This document shows positions 48,594-60,171 of a stretch of 64,000 nt of DNA, piece after piece. Every line of letters begins with the position of its first letter. Position 1 is the first letter of the stretch. The DNA is from Psammoneis japonica. Taxonomy: Eukaryota. The notes under the pieces were generated by a model. It did not search any database, was not told the origin of the DNA, and saw only the letters and a list, made by a program, of their open reading frames with translations. The stretch lies in assembly GCA_008632985.1 (NCBI GenBank), contig QPGO01000070.1:1-64000 (forward strand). The letters are read 5' to 3'. Position numbers and translations under genes: made by a program.

Positions 48594-50395
48594 CGTTGAA
48601 CGCGCGGAAATTGGCACATTATGACTGAATGCTGGCACAATGACTGAAGACAATGACCGTCTTCCTCCGAAAAAATATCGTATCTCCTCATCGCTCGGGA
48701 TCACGATTTCAGATGACCTACCTCTAGATGATGATTCATCTCTCTAGCTACTAGAAGAAGAGTAGCCCTGGCTAGCAACACTCATATAAATCACCATGAG
48801 TGTTATAGGGAAGACAGAGAATGAAGCATCGATTTCGTGTTTGAATACAATCTGTACAAGAACTCTTCGGAATACATTGCTACTTCTTCTGCTTTTTGCG
48901 GCGCTCCTCGATGCTCATGGCGTGTTTACAAATTTTCGAGAATTTCTGCAGCTTGATGCATCCATGACGCTGTCAAGCAGCTCAAGGCAGGAGAAAACGC
49001 AAATTAGTTACGCTCCTTCTCGCCCATCGCAGAAACCGTTTCCTCGCACACTTTTTCTTGATGACCAAGGAAAGGCGTTCGTTTTGGATGATGGCGTTAT
49101 TGAACCCGCGAAACAAAAACATCGAACTGTCGATGATATTTGGGAAGGGAGCCGAGATCCAGAGCACCAGTACTTCATTTCGATGGGAGTGTTGTATCAT
49201 CCAGTCACACTGACGGGAGAGCTAGGTTATTCTTGCGTACCTGCCGCCGATTGGCAAAAGCGATTCTACCCGACATGCAATAGCTTTCATGAAACAATCT
49301 TCAATCCCGCCGGTGGCGACTCTGAATCGGACGATACGAGAAAACTGATCATGGGCAAGTCAAGAGAGGTGCAAGTCACTGACGGTATTTTTATGGACTA
49401 TCTTGGATCTGGCAAGACAAGAGACGCATGGAAGGTACACAAGGATGATGAAGCTGTGGTTCTAAAGACGTTGAAGGTTGATCATTCCTTCACACCGGAA
49501 GTGTACCACCATCAAAAGATCGATGCCGTTGCTTCAGAAAGACTGACGGCGTCTCCTTATGTCATTGACATTTATGGCTTCTGTGGTGCATCTGTCATGA
49601 ACGAATTGGGAGTCGAGTATGGAGAGTACGAAACTTTGACAGTAGAAGAAAAACTCCGCTATTCACGAGACATTGCACATGGAATGAAGGATATGCATAG
49701 CATTGACGGCTCGAAACTTGCCAAACTAGTCCACTCGGACGTAAGACGCGGCAATATTATGTTTACAATGGACCGAAGTGTCTTGAAGCTTAGTGATTTC
49801 AACAGAGGTTTTTATCTCGGATGGAACAAGAAAAAGAAGGACCCTTGTGCTGTGAAACGGCCAAAGCTCAATCGCCCACCACGACGGGACAAGTTTTCGG
49901 CACCGGAAGAAACCTATCGGCAGATTGTCAATGAGAAATCAGACGTCTATCACCTGGGAGGAATGTTGTTTTACATTTTGACTGGTAGACGACCGTATAG
50001 TTTCAACGACAAGAGCCAGTTGACTAGCTCTGGCCAGCCGTTGCTGACAGACAATTGGGTTATGCCTACACTTCCAGCGGATGTACGACAAAGCAAAGAT
50101 CCAGCATCATTGCAATGCGCAAGGCAGTCAAATCATGCTATCGCTATGAAAAAGAGGATCGCGCTAGTGCAAAAGAGATTTTTCAAATACTTGACAATGC
50201 AATGAAATCCACAGCAAAGCCGAACTCATAAAATCACGAGATTTTGATTCACGCATTAGCATGCTTTTTCTCTAGGTCGAGATTTCTCCTTGCAAGACGA
50301 TCAGGCTCATTTGAAATTGTGAGGTGCCCCTCCTTTTCTATACGGTATATTGGATATCCGAGAATGTAGATAGGAGTGTTTCATAGGACATATCA
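48594..50395 (+). repeat. Segmental duplication copy B (kinase gene plus flanks)
   Basis: Matches 29482-31338 and begins exactly at the Gypsy LTR edge. Confidence 0.9.
48796..50231 (+). CDS. Type II membrane kinase-like protein, paralogue B (1-nt deletion near 50106)
   Basis: Almost identical to 29726-31162; ccagcatc versus ccagcaatc shifts the last ~40 codons. Confidence 0.8.
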
Positions 50396-50736
50396 TGTTG
50401 TACCTATTGAATCTTCATTCTTGTATACGTTATAACTTTACTTCACTTTTTCGCGCGCGAAGCGAATTTTTTGCGAACTCGGAAAGTGACAAGAAGCTCG
50501 TTTCACCGCACCACCAAATGAGATCAAGAACGTCTGCGGCGAGACAAAAACTGGCAAACCTTCATTTTGGACACAACGTCAGTTGCGGTGATGCGAGAAA
50601 CTCTCTCTTTCTCTTGAATAGTGACCGAACCAAAACGTTTCACCCCAGCCACCGAACCGAGCAAGGGTGCGGTAACAACTGATGAAAAATCAGTCAATGC
50701 ACCACATGCGACAGCAACAAAAATAGCAATAATAAC

Positions 50737-52103
50737 ATGCCTACTGCTCGTGAGAAGTCAACACCTCCTCAACGAAGCACTGCTTGGATTGTTATTGACT
50801 CGTCAAAACGATTGATATGGTGCTTTTTGATCTTGGCTGGAATAGTAGAGTCCATCGGAGTCATTACTAATTTCAAAATACTCGTCTTGCTCGAAGACAA
50901 CCATCTCCGAGGCCAATCATACTTCAAGCTCCCAATACCCAAAGAGATTCCAATAACAAAGAATGAAGTCCTTTATCCGCAAGTAGTTTTTCTTTCCGAA
51001 AAGTCGTTTACCTCGACGAATAATCGCACCCTTTCCGACGAGAACAATCTCATGATGCCCACCGAGGGGTGGCACCGTCATCCTCAACCCAACGACATGA
51101 TTCCCATCTTGGGAAATCCACTTCAGATGGATGGCAAGAATGGCACAGACGTATGTCAAGCTGCGGATTGGCAATCACGGTCCTATCCAACGTGCAATGG
51201 CTTTCATGAGTTGAATCTTGATTTTGGCGATGACAACAAGAAGGACGTGTCTATTGAATTTCTTGGCAACGGTCAACAGCGAGATGCATGGAAGGTTACC
51301 AGCGATAATACAGAATCCATTGTACTGAAAACTCTAAGAATGAGAGGATCCTTTTCTCAATTGACCTTTTACCGTCAACGGGTGGATTCAATCGTGTCGG
51401 AACGACTCTCGTCGTCGCCAAGCATTATCAATGTGTACGGCTATTGCGGGATGTCGGCCATGAATGAGATGGGTGTCGCCTACGACGTCAAGGAACGATT
51501 GACGTATGCAGAACGAATTAGGTTTGGTCGAGACTTGGCGTCCGCAATGGCGGATTTGCATGAAGTAGGCAACAAGCCATACTCCATGATTGCTCATGGT
51601 GACGTTCGCAGAGGCAACATTATGTTTTCTGCTGACAAGTCTGTTTTGAAGCTACACGACTTTAACCAGGGATCCTTTTTAGGCTTCAACCCAAACACAA
51701 ACGAGCCCTGTGGCTTTCAACGCGTCCAAGCCGTTCCACGACCACCGCGCCGCGACAAGTTTTCTGCTCCCGAAGAATCCTACCAACAAGTCCTGACGGA
51801 GAAGACCGACGTCTACCACCTTGGCAGCATTTTGTTTTTCATAATGACTGGCGGAAAGCCATACCTATTCAACAAGAAGAGCGACTTGGCCGAGGACGGG
51901 AATCCACCTCTGTCGGACGATTGGCTCTTGCCGGATTTGCCACCCGACAAGCAACACCACACCGACCCAGCTATTGTCACCTTGAAGGATACCATGTACA
52001 CGTGCTATCGCTACAAACCACAAAACCGACCCACAGCACGACAAGTATTTGAAAGCTCGACAAGACTGTGAAAATGATTGAACAGAAGAATGGTAATGCA
52101 TAG
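50737..52103 (+). CDS. Type II membrane kinase-like protein (PKDCC/VLK-like), fourth family member
   Basis: TM helix. Motifs LGNGQQR, IVLK, HGDVRRGN, DFN and APEE. A probable missing A near 52052 (as read, the ORF stops at 52071). Confidence 0.8.
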
Positions 52104-52153
52104 AAAGTGTTACCACATGATAAATGTACAAAATTCTACAGTTGTAGTCGTCT

Positions 52154-52859
52154 CTATGGTTTCAGCACGTGTTGTTGCAATGCCAATTCTCGCAATGCCG
52201 TTTCACGGTTTGCAAATTCCTCTTCCACTTCCTTCCATTCTGTCTGTTGCTTGCAATTGTCTATAGCTTCGTTGACGCGACTCCAATACAGTCTCCCACC
52301 AGGACCAAAGGATGCCACGCACTTTGCGTTGCGCCAAATTTGCACAAAGGGATACTTGACAATGCCCAAGCGTCGTAGTTGTTTGGCGGGAATCTTACTG
52401 CTTTCCATGGACGCAAAGGCGATATTGTTGTCGTGATTTACATTTGCCAGCTTTTTGTACTTTATTTGAATTCGTTGACAAACTCGGCAATAGCTCGCGT
52501 GAAAACTGTACAAGAAGAACAATCGTGTGTCAGGGTCTCATTCGTGCATGACGATGCACCTCCAGACAAATCATTTCAAATACAACAACTCACTTTATCA
52601 CCACCAGCTGATCTGTTTCCGCTTGATCAACCAAGGATCTCATGTCCTGGAAGCCACTCAAAACATGAATGTTGGTTGGAGATGACGATGGACTGCTGTG
52701 GGGAGGAACAGGTGCGAGTGTGGACGCGAGGGCCGTCGTCGTGGTGAGAGCTTTGCCAAAGGTGGGAGTCGCCACAAAGGCAGTAGACGATACAACCGAT
52801 AGTAGCAAGAACAAGAACAGCATATTAGGAGTAGTAGTAGTCAACTGCGCCATTGTCAT
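52154..52859 (-). CDS. Thioredoxin-like protein (YCRVC), plastid-type presequence, 2 exons
   Basis: VSSTA-F cleavage site. Intron 52506-52593 (GT...AG) gives LVVINFHASYCRVC, followed by the cis-Pro motif KYP. Confidence 0.8.
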
Positions 52860-53316
52860 GTTGCACTTGTGTTGATGTTTTGTGAAGGGTTGATGTGCGA
52901 TGTGCGTTTGTTCTGAATGAGAAAGCCGACGATAATGACGTAAGATGTCTGCGTAAAATTCTACCTGATTTCAGTACTGGCCATCATTTTGGCGGGAAGC
53001 GATGACGTAAGCGTCACTTAACGACAAACCGCTACCTTTCAAAATTTCACACCGACACAAGCGAGACACTGGCGACGCACCAACCACACGCAACCAACCG
53101 AGCAAACACGCAGAGACAACTCTATTGTAGGGCGACAAAGGAGTTTGTTTTGAAACCTTAAGGCAGCATACCTTCAAGAGTTGCATTCGCCTGCGCTTAC
53201 TTTGCTGTTACTAGCAAGACGAGTGCAATTTTTCTGTCTCAACTTCGCAATCCCAGGCCGCAGCGCACCTACCTTACAATTGCCATCACTTTGGAGAGCA
53301 GATCAAACTACAACAC

Positions 53317-56300
53317 ATGTCGACAGTTGCTTCCCCAAAAAGAAAAATAGTGTGGTTGCTTGTTGTTTTCATGATGCAACGAATAGCAAGAGCTGCCTTT
53401 GTTACAACTCGTCGACGGATCTTCACAACGACGGCTTTTCAACCTCATGCTCCAACAATTACAATTCAACCAAATCTTCGATTGTACGCGACCAAACGAC
53501 AAACAAAAAATGTGTATACATCCAAATTAACCGTTCGTGGCAGTCCCAACGAAAACCGACCCTTTCGTTTGGTAATTGTCGAATCGCCGAGCAAGTGTGA
53601 AACCATTTCCAAAATTCTTCAAAAATACGTTAAGGATCAGGACTTGCCTCATGACTACGTCGTGGCTTCCAGTATGGGTCACGTTCGGAATTTACCTAAA
53701 AGCAAGTCCAACAAAAATGAAACCATTGTCGGTGTTGATGTAGAGCACGGATACAAGCCGACCTATGAGATTTTACCCGGCAAGCACGGATTGGTTCAGG
53801 AATTGCAAAATCTCGCTGCACGTGCGGAGCACGTGGTGTTGGCCACCGACAAGGATCGCGAGGGCGAAGCTGTCGCTTGGCATTTGCTTCAATTGCTTCC
53901 CGATTCAACGGACTATTCACGTGTTGTCTTTTCGGAAATTACACCCACAGCCATTGCACACGCCATGCAAGAACCACACGATTTGGATTTAAATTTGGTC
54001 GAGGCTCAAGAGACGCGACGCGTCTTGGACCGACTGGCGGGATATACATTGTCGCCAATTTTGTGGAAAAAGATTGCACCCGGCCTATCGGCGGGACGAG
54101 TCCAGAGTGTCGGCATGGCGCTTGTCGTGCAACGCGAACGGGAGCGACTGGCGTTTCGGCCTGCCGAGTATTATGATTTGAACGGATGGTATACGCTGCA
54201 ACAACAGGAGCTGTCAGCCACCATGGTGGCCTTAAATGGTTTGCCATTGGCGACGGGGAGTGATTTTGTTAATTCTGGCAAGCTCAAGGCAAGGAAAAAG
54301 CATCACTTGGCGACAAACTCGAGTGCGCAAGAACTAGTGCAAGTGTTAAAAGGAGAGGATGTGTAAGTATGACTGTGGGTAATGCGATTCTTTTGTCGTC
54401 GTCGTTGTTGTTGTACTGGTCGTTCTTACTTTGCAGCGCTTATTTACTTCAGTACATGGACTGTCAAATCCGTCAAATCAACAAGACGACGAGAATCACC
54501 ACCGATGCCATTCATTACATCCACTTTGCAACAAGAAGCCAACAAGCGGTTGGGCATGTCTGTGTCGCAAACCATGCGAAATGCGCAATCCCTATATGAA
54601 GCAGGATATATATCGTATATGCGTACCGACTCGACCCGTATCAGCAACGACGCACATGCCGCGATTGAAAAGGTAGTCACAGACGCACATGGATCCAACC
54701 TGCTGGCACCCAAACGCCAAGACAACGACAAGAAAAAATCGAAAAAGAAACAAGGCAACAATGGCAAGTCTGTCGCTCCGCAAGACGCCCACGAGGCGAT
54801 TCGTCCTGCCGTGCAACAGGATGGAAGTTTTTTGCATCCAAGGCAACTCGATTCCACGGACGCTAACGCCATCAAGCTGTACGAATTAATTTATCAACGA
54901 ACCTTGGCATCCGGCATGACACCCCTCATTACCAATCAAACCTCTGTCGAAATCGACGGCACAAATAATGGAGAAACGACTGCAACCTTTCGAACCAGTG
55001 GCAGCATCGTTTTGGATGCGGGATACACACTAGCCATGCCCAAGGTGTCGAGTAGCGACTCGAAGATTCTGCCGCCACTGAAAGAGGGACAAGAATTGAC
55101 ATGTACACATTTGCAAGCGATGGATCACACGACGCAACCACCACCACGCTACACAGAAGCGAGTTTTGTCAAAAAGCTAGAAGAGCTCGGTGTTGGTCGA
55201 CCAAGCACGTATGCTCACACGGTTCAAATTTGAGAGATCGTGCATATGTCGGAACTCCCATTCGAGCCAAGGGTGGCAAGAATTATCGTTCCAAGGAAGC
55301 CATGACGGGACCGGCCATTAGTGCTCATCGTGCTGCGGGTGGAGAAGGTGAGTTTGACGAGATAATTTTGTGATAATGGCATGTGCGTTGCAGGCTTGGA
55401 CCCAATACCTATCTGCGTTTTCTTGTGTCACTTTCTAGAATTTACGGGTGGAGGTCGAGGACCCATGGTCCCTTCGCTCTCTGCTTTTGTGGTGTGTTCT
55501 CTCTTGGAGAACAACTGTCCAACCTACGTCGATCCTACCTTTACCGCTGGAATGGAGGAGAAGCTTGACGAGATCGCGCAAGGCGTAGACACCAATGAGA
55601 ATAGTCGGGTCGCCTATCTGGATGAGTTTTATGCTGGCGACGATGGTTTGGCAGCAAAGGTTGATCGCATAGACAAGGAGGTGAGTGCCAATGAGGCACG
55701 TCGTGCCATCTTCCTTCGCTTTTTTCCGACAGCAACGAAAGCAAGGAGGAAGATATTGGACTCTTTATTGGGCCGTGGGGACCTTATGTTCAGAAAATCT
55801 CAAACGAAACTACATCGGATATCGACGAGAAACCAATTACAGCTCCCTTGCCTCCTGGAATGGCAGCGGATTTGTCAACAATTACAGCCAAGACTCTTTC
55901 GGCGCTCTTGTCATCACGTGAGAAGAACGGGATTTTGCTTGGCACACATCCAGAGGATGGCCGAGATATTCGACTGAAGGTTGGTAGATTTGGTGCGTAT
56001 CTTCAATGGGGTAGGGACGATGAGGAAGGTACTACGTCACACTCTCTGCCAAAGCACATTGGAGGAATGCGAAACTTGGGAAACGGAAGCGAGGAAGAAG
56101 GCGATGAGTCGCTTGGGGCCATGATTGGACTCACCCTGGAAGACGCTGTTGGCTACGTTGGTCTTCCGAGAACTGTCTGCACGTTGAATGACATGCCCAT
56201 TACTGCCGCGATTGGTCCTTACGGGCCGTACTTAAAATACAACAATAGCTTTGCAAGTCTCTACGAAAAAGACGGAGATGTCCTGACGGTTGACAAGGAC

Positions 56301-57293
56301 ACAGCCCTTCGAATCGTTACCGAAGGAATTATCAACAAACCAAAAGGTAACGGCTCATGTGAGTTCTGGACGAAAAGATTCGCTGCGTCTAACGATTTCT
56401 CGTTTCTTGATTACATGGAATGCGTGATAGGTATGGCCAGAGGTGTCATTGCGGAGCTTGGTGAGAAAGACGGCAGTATGGTAAGAGTCAAAGATGGAAG
56501 GTTTGGTGTGTATATCAACTGGAAGAAAGTAAACGCAAAGCTGCCTGCCGAGTACAAAGATACTCCGGAAGAGGTGCCGCTAGAGGAGGCCTGGGATTTA
56601 ATACAAGCAAAGGCAGCCACAACTCCCTCAAAGGCAGGCGGCAGAAAGAAGAAAACGAAAAAGGGGGCAGCTATTAACGATTCTGTGGCATTGCCTCCGG
56701 CACCAAAACGTCCTCTTTCTGCTTATCTACATTTCTGCGCAGAGAAGAGACCGGAAGCATCCAAGAAATTCAGTTCGTTGGGAGACGTGTCAAAGGAATT
56801 ATCAAGATTATGGGCCGAAACAGATCCAGCAACCGTTGGAAACAGCGACCTTCGAAGCAAATACGAAGATCTCGCGGCTCAAGGCAAGAAGGAATATGAA
56901 GAAAAGATGAAGCAATGGAGGGAAGAATGCCAACAGGTCATGGCATCAGCTACCTCTGAAACAAAAAAGAAAAAGGGGGCTACAAAGAAGAATCGTGTCA
57001 AGAAGAAAGCTAGCGTGAAGAAAAGGAATGGGGCGGCGAAAAAGACCGCAGCAAATGGGTCGGCGCCAAAGAAGCCGCGCTCGGCATACATATATTTCTG
57101 TTCCGCGAATCGACCCGAAGCTGCAAAGAAGTTCAGCAAACTCGGAGACATATCAAAAGAATTGGCGAGGCTTTGGGCGGAGGCCGCATCTGATGGTGGA
57201 GAAGGAAGACGCGAGTTTGAAAGGCTTGCAGCGGAGGACAAGGTACGGTACGAGAAAGAAATGATCCAGTACAAAGCAGGCAGCTTTCAATAA
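53317..57293 (+). CDS. topA: Bacterial-type DNA topoisomerase IA with C-terminal repeats and two HMG boxes; probably organelle-targeted
   Basis: Motifs LVIVESPSK, LATDKDREGE, SAGRVQS, GYISYMRTDS, DAHEAIRP, GVGRPSTY, GRFG/GPYGPY repeats, PKRPLSAY and PKKPRSAY. Introns 54363-54452, 55348-55438 and 56347-56430. Apparent 1-nt indels near 55229 and ~55720. Confidence 0.9.
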
Positions 57294-57461
57294 TTTGCTA
57301 CCGGGACAAGCCTTCCCCTAATTAAATTGCCATCGAAGGCTGAAACCATGATAGAATTTAAAAAAAAAAATCAAAACAAACTAGACAATCTAATGTGACG
57401 AGAAATGTATGATTCGTTTGAAAATATCACCTAACGACGATTACCTGTAACCAGGCTACCA

Positions 57462-57615
57462 ACTCCCACGTTGGTACTGCTTTCATCTGAAGCTTCCATC
57501 CCCAATTGTTTGTTCCTCTCGCCTATCTACTAACTACCAACACCCTTGTTGGTACTGCGCTTTCATTAGAAACTTCCATCCCAAATTGTTTGTGCCTCTC
57601 GTCTGTCTACTAACT
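57462..57615. repeat. Degenerate ~80-bp tandem duplication downstream of the WD40 gene
   Basis: gttggtactgc...cttccatccc...aattgtttgt...tctactaact occurs twice. Confidence 0.7.
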
Positions 57616-59150
57616 GTTGGTTTCCAATTTCCAGACTTTAACGGTCCTGCAAACGAAGAGTAAAGCCATGAGATTTTCGAAACAAAGCTCCAGCACTGCA
57701 AATTAGGTCTGCTCAGCAATAATACTTACTTGTCTAGGGACCCCGAAATGAATTGCTGTCCTCCCATGGACGCAACCGATGTTACCACTTCCGAGTGACC
57801 TTCAAATGTTTGCGCTTCCCTATGTTGCGCAATATCCCATACCCTTATATTCCCATCACTCGAGCCACTCACAAACTTGTCGTCGCCAATGGCAGCGACG
57901 GACCAAACCCCACATGAATGACCCTGAAATGTGTGGACACACCGACCCGTTTCAGCGTTCCATAATTTAATCGTCTTGTCGAGCGCACAACTCAAGAATT
58001 GATTACTAGAGACTGCCGCCAGGGAAAAGACAGACGGATGTTGCATCTTCTTGACACACTTGCCCGTTTCGGAATTCCAAACCCTTATAATGTTTCCGTC
58101 GGATCCCAAATTGAACTTTTCGAGCGACGCCACGGCGTAGACACATTTCGAGTAGCCGTGATTAAAACTACGAATGCATTTTGCCGTCTTTTTGTTCCAA
58201 AGTTTAATGGTACGATCGTCCGAACCCGACGTGAAGCGATTCGCATCCACCACGGCCACCGATGTGACTCGATTCGTATGGCCGTCAAAGGTTCGAATGC
58301 AAGTTTCCGTTTCCAAATCCCACAATTTGATAAGCTTGTCATCGGAACCGGACAGGATTTGATTTTCATTGACAATGGCAATGGAAAAGATGGAATCCGA
58401 GTGTGCCTGAAACGAGTGAATGCACTGCTTGCTCGATAAGCTCCATCCCTTGATGGATCCATCGCTGTGACCCGAAATGACAACATCGTCATTCAACGCC
58501 TGGACCGAACAAACAGTACACGAATCCTGAAACGTGTGTACATGCGATATCCCTTGCGGCAGTGCTGGCATCCATGTTTCTTCTGTATTGTCATGCGCAA
58601 AAAGACCATTGTTGGTGGAAGCATCTTCGTCATCCGATGCATCCATTTTAACAGAGGCACTACCGCTGTTAGCGACGACGTTACCACTCATGAACTGTTC
58701 CACCTCATCCATCCAGTGTTTGGCTTCCTCCAGAGATTTTTCCAGCTTTTGTGCATAACAGCCATCCGTGTCATCGGAAAATCCATCAGATGATTGTGAC
58801 GAGGAGTCACAGTCACTGCTGAACTTTCTCATGGACGCTTCCAACTGCTCTATACTCAATTGTTCTTCTTCAAACCTGTGCGCATTGAAGAAAAAATAAG
58901 AGTAAGCATCTCACTTCAAAACAAACAAACAATGAATCATCAGATTATAAATCACTCACGATAATGGAGAGTGCAAAGGCGCGGTAGCTTCGCTCTTTGA
59001 TGACAAAGAACCGCTGCTAAGCGGCTGTTTTTGCTGTTGTTGCGGTGAAACTACCGCAGATGCTCTTTGTTGTTCCTTTGATTTTGGAACAACATTCTTC
59101 TCCTTTGCAATTCGCTTTGACTTTGACTTTTTGATTATTTTTCGAATCAT
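57610..59150 (-). CDS. WD40-repeat protein, 3 exons
   Basis: About 7 repeats of GH...SGSxDxxIKLW. Introns 58876-58959 and 57647-57729; the last exon reads KTVKVWKLETNS*. Confidence 0.85.
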
Positions 59151-60171
59151 ATTTTTTGTGGCCACCGGGCAACCTTTCTGCTCCAGCCTGTCTCCGTCGA
59201 GGTTGATGGCCAAGCAATGCGGCTCGCTCTCGCTCTCGTCTTGGTTGTTTGTGTCGCGTCCTTTTTGATGGTTGCGGGGTGTCGTTCTCTTTTTGTGACA
59301 AAACGTGGGGGGAAAATCCATCCGAATCTATCGCTGTGACAATGTACCAAGTTCACGTATGTACATTTCAACGATTACACTGTATCTCATTCATACAAGT
59401 ATTTTAAAAAGATAAATACTGTAAAAATAACATTTACACATTCCACAATTCTAGTTATAATAAAGAGAAACGGACTAAGACACCTTATTCAATAAATTCA
59501 GATCTTGATATATACATCTATTTACTTAGAAAAGACCTCCATAATAAGAAAATCAATTTGATATTCGAAATTTTCTGATTAGGAGGAAAAAGATCGAGTG
59601 CTGCGATGATGCCTGTTTTGATGTTGCTGCCAATAGATAGAGCGGGAATCATCGCAGCCTGACAATCTTTCGCCTTCAATTCGGTTCGGTCCATGGCAAA
59701 GGACCGCTCCCATGTGGTGTTTTTCAGACACCAGACAATGTCAACGTTTTCGAAGCACACCAGATTTTTTCCCAGCAGCTACAAACGACCAATGGGTTCC
59801 CGCCATGTTTCTGCTGGAGACTTGAACTCTTGGAATGACACTGCTAGTCAGCCCTTGCAAGCAGCTGGAGTTCGACACGCGTTGTCTTCGTCCTATCCGG
59901 GGCGTGAGGCGTGAGCTTCCATTGGGACGACGCGTTTGCACAAGATTTTCAGCTGACTGAGAATGCTCGTCATCAATGAAACGCGCTATTTAGATTTAAA
60001 TCGAGCATCCATGGCGATTGCGGACCTTATCGAAATATTGAAAAAAGTTTCTATTACAAAATTGTGCGTCTTGGAGCTAACAAAAGAATCAACAACTAGA
60101 AATGATAATCACAACGGGGCTCCCTTGACCGGTAAGTGAAAGTGCGAGAACTCGCCTCTATAGCACTCTGC

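Noticed and set aside
42985..48600. Target-site duplications for the Gypsy and gag-only elements
   Set aside because: Flanks do not match (ggga/cgtt and ccca/gtga), so none is claimed.
20097..55977. Frameshifts in dapL (~20200), kinases (~50106, ~52052) and topA (~55229, ~55720) as pseudogenisation
   Set aside because: They are isolated single-base indels, mostly in short homopolymers, within otherwise intact genes. This is typical of long-read consensus error and needs read-level checking.
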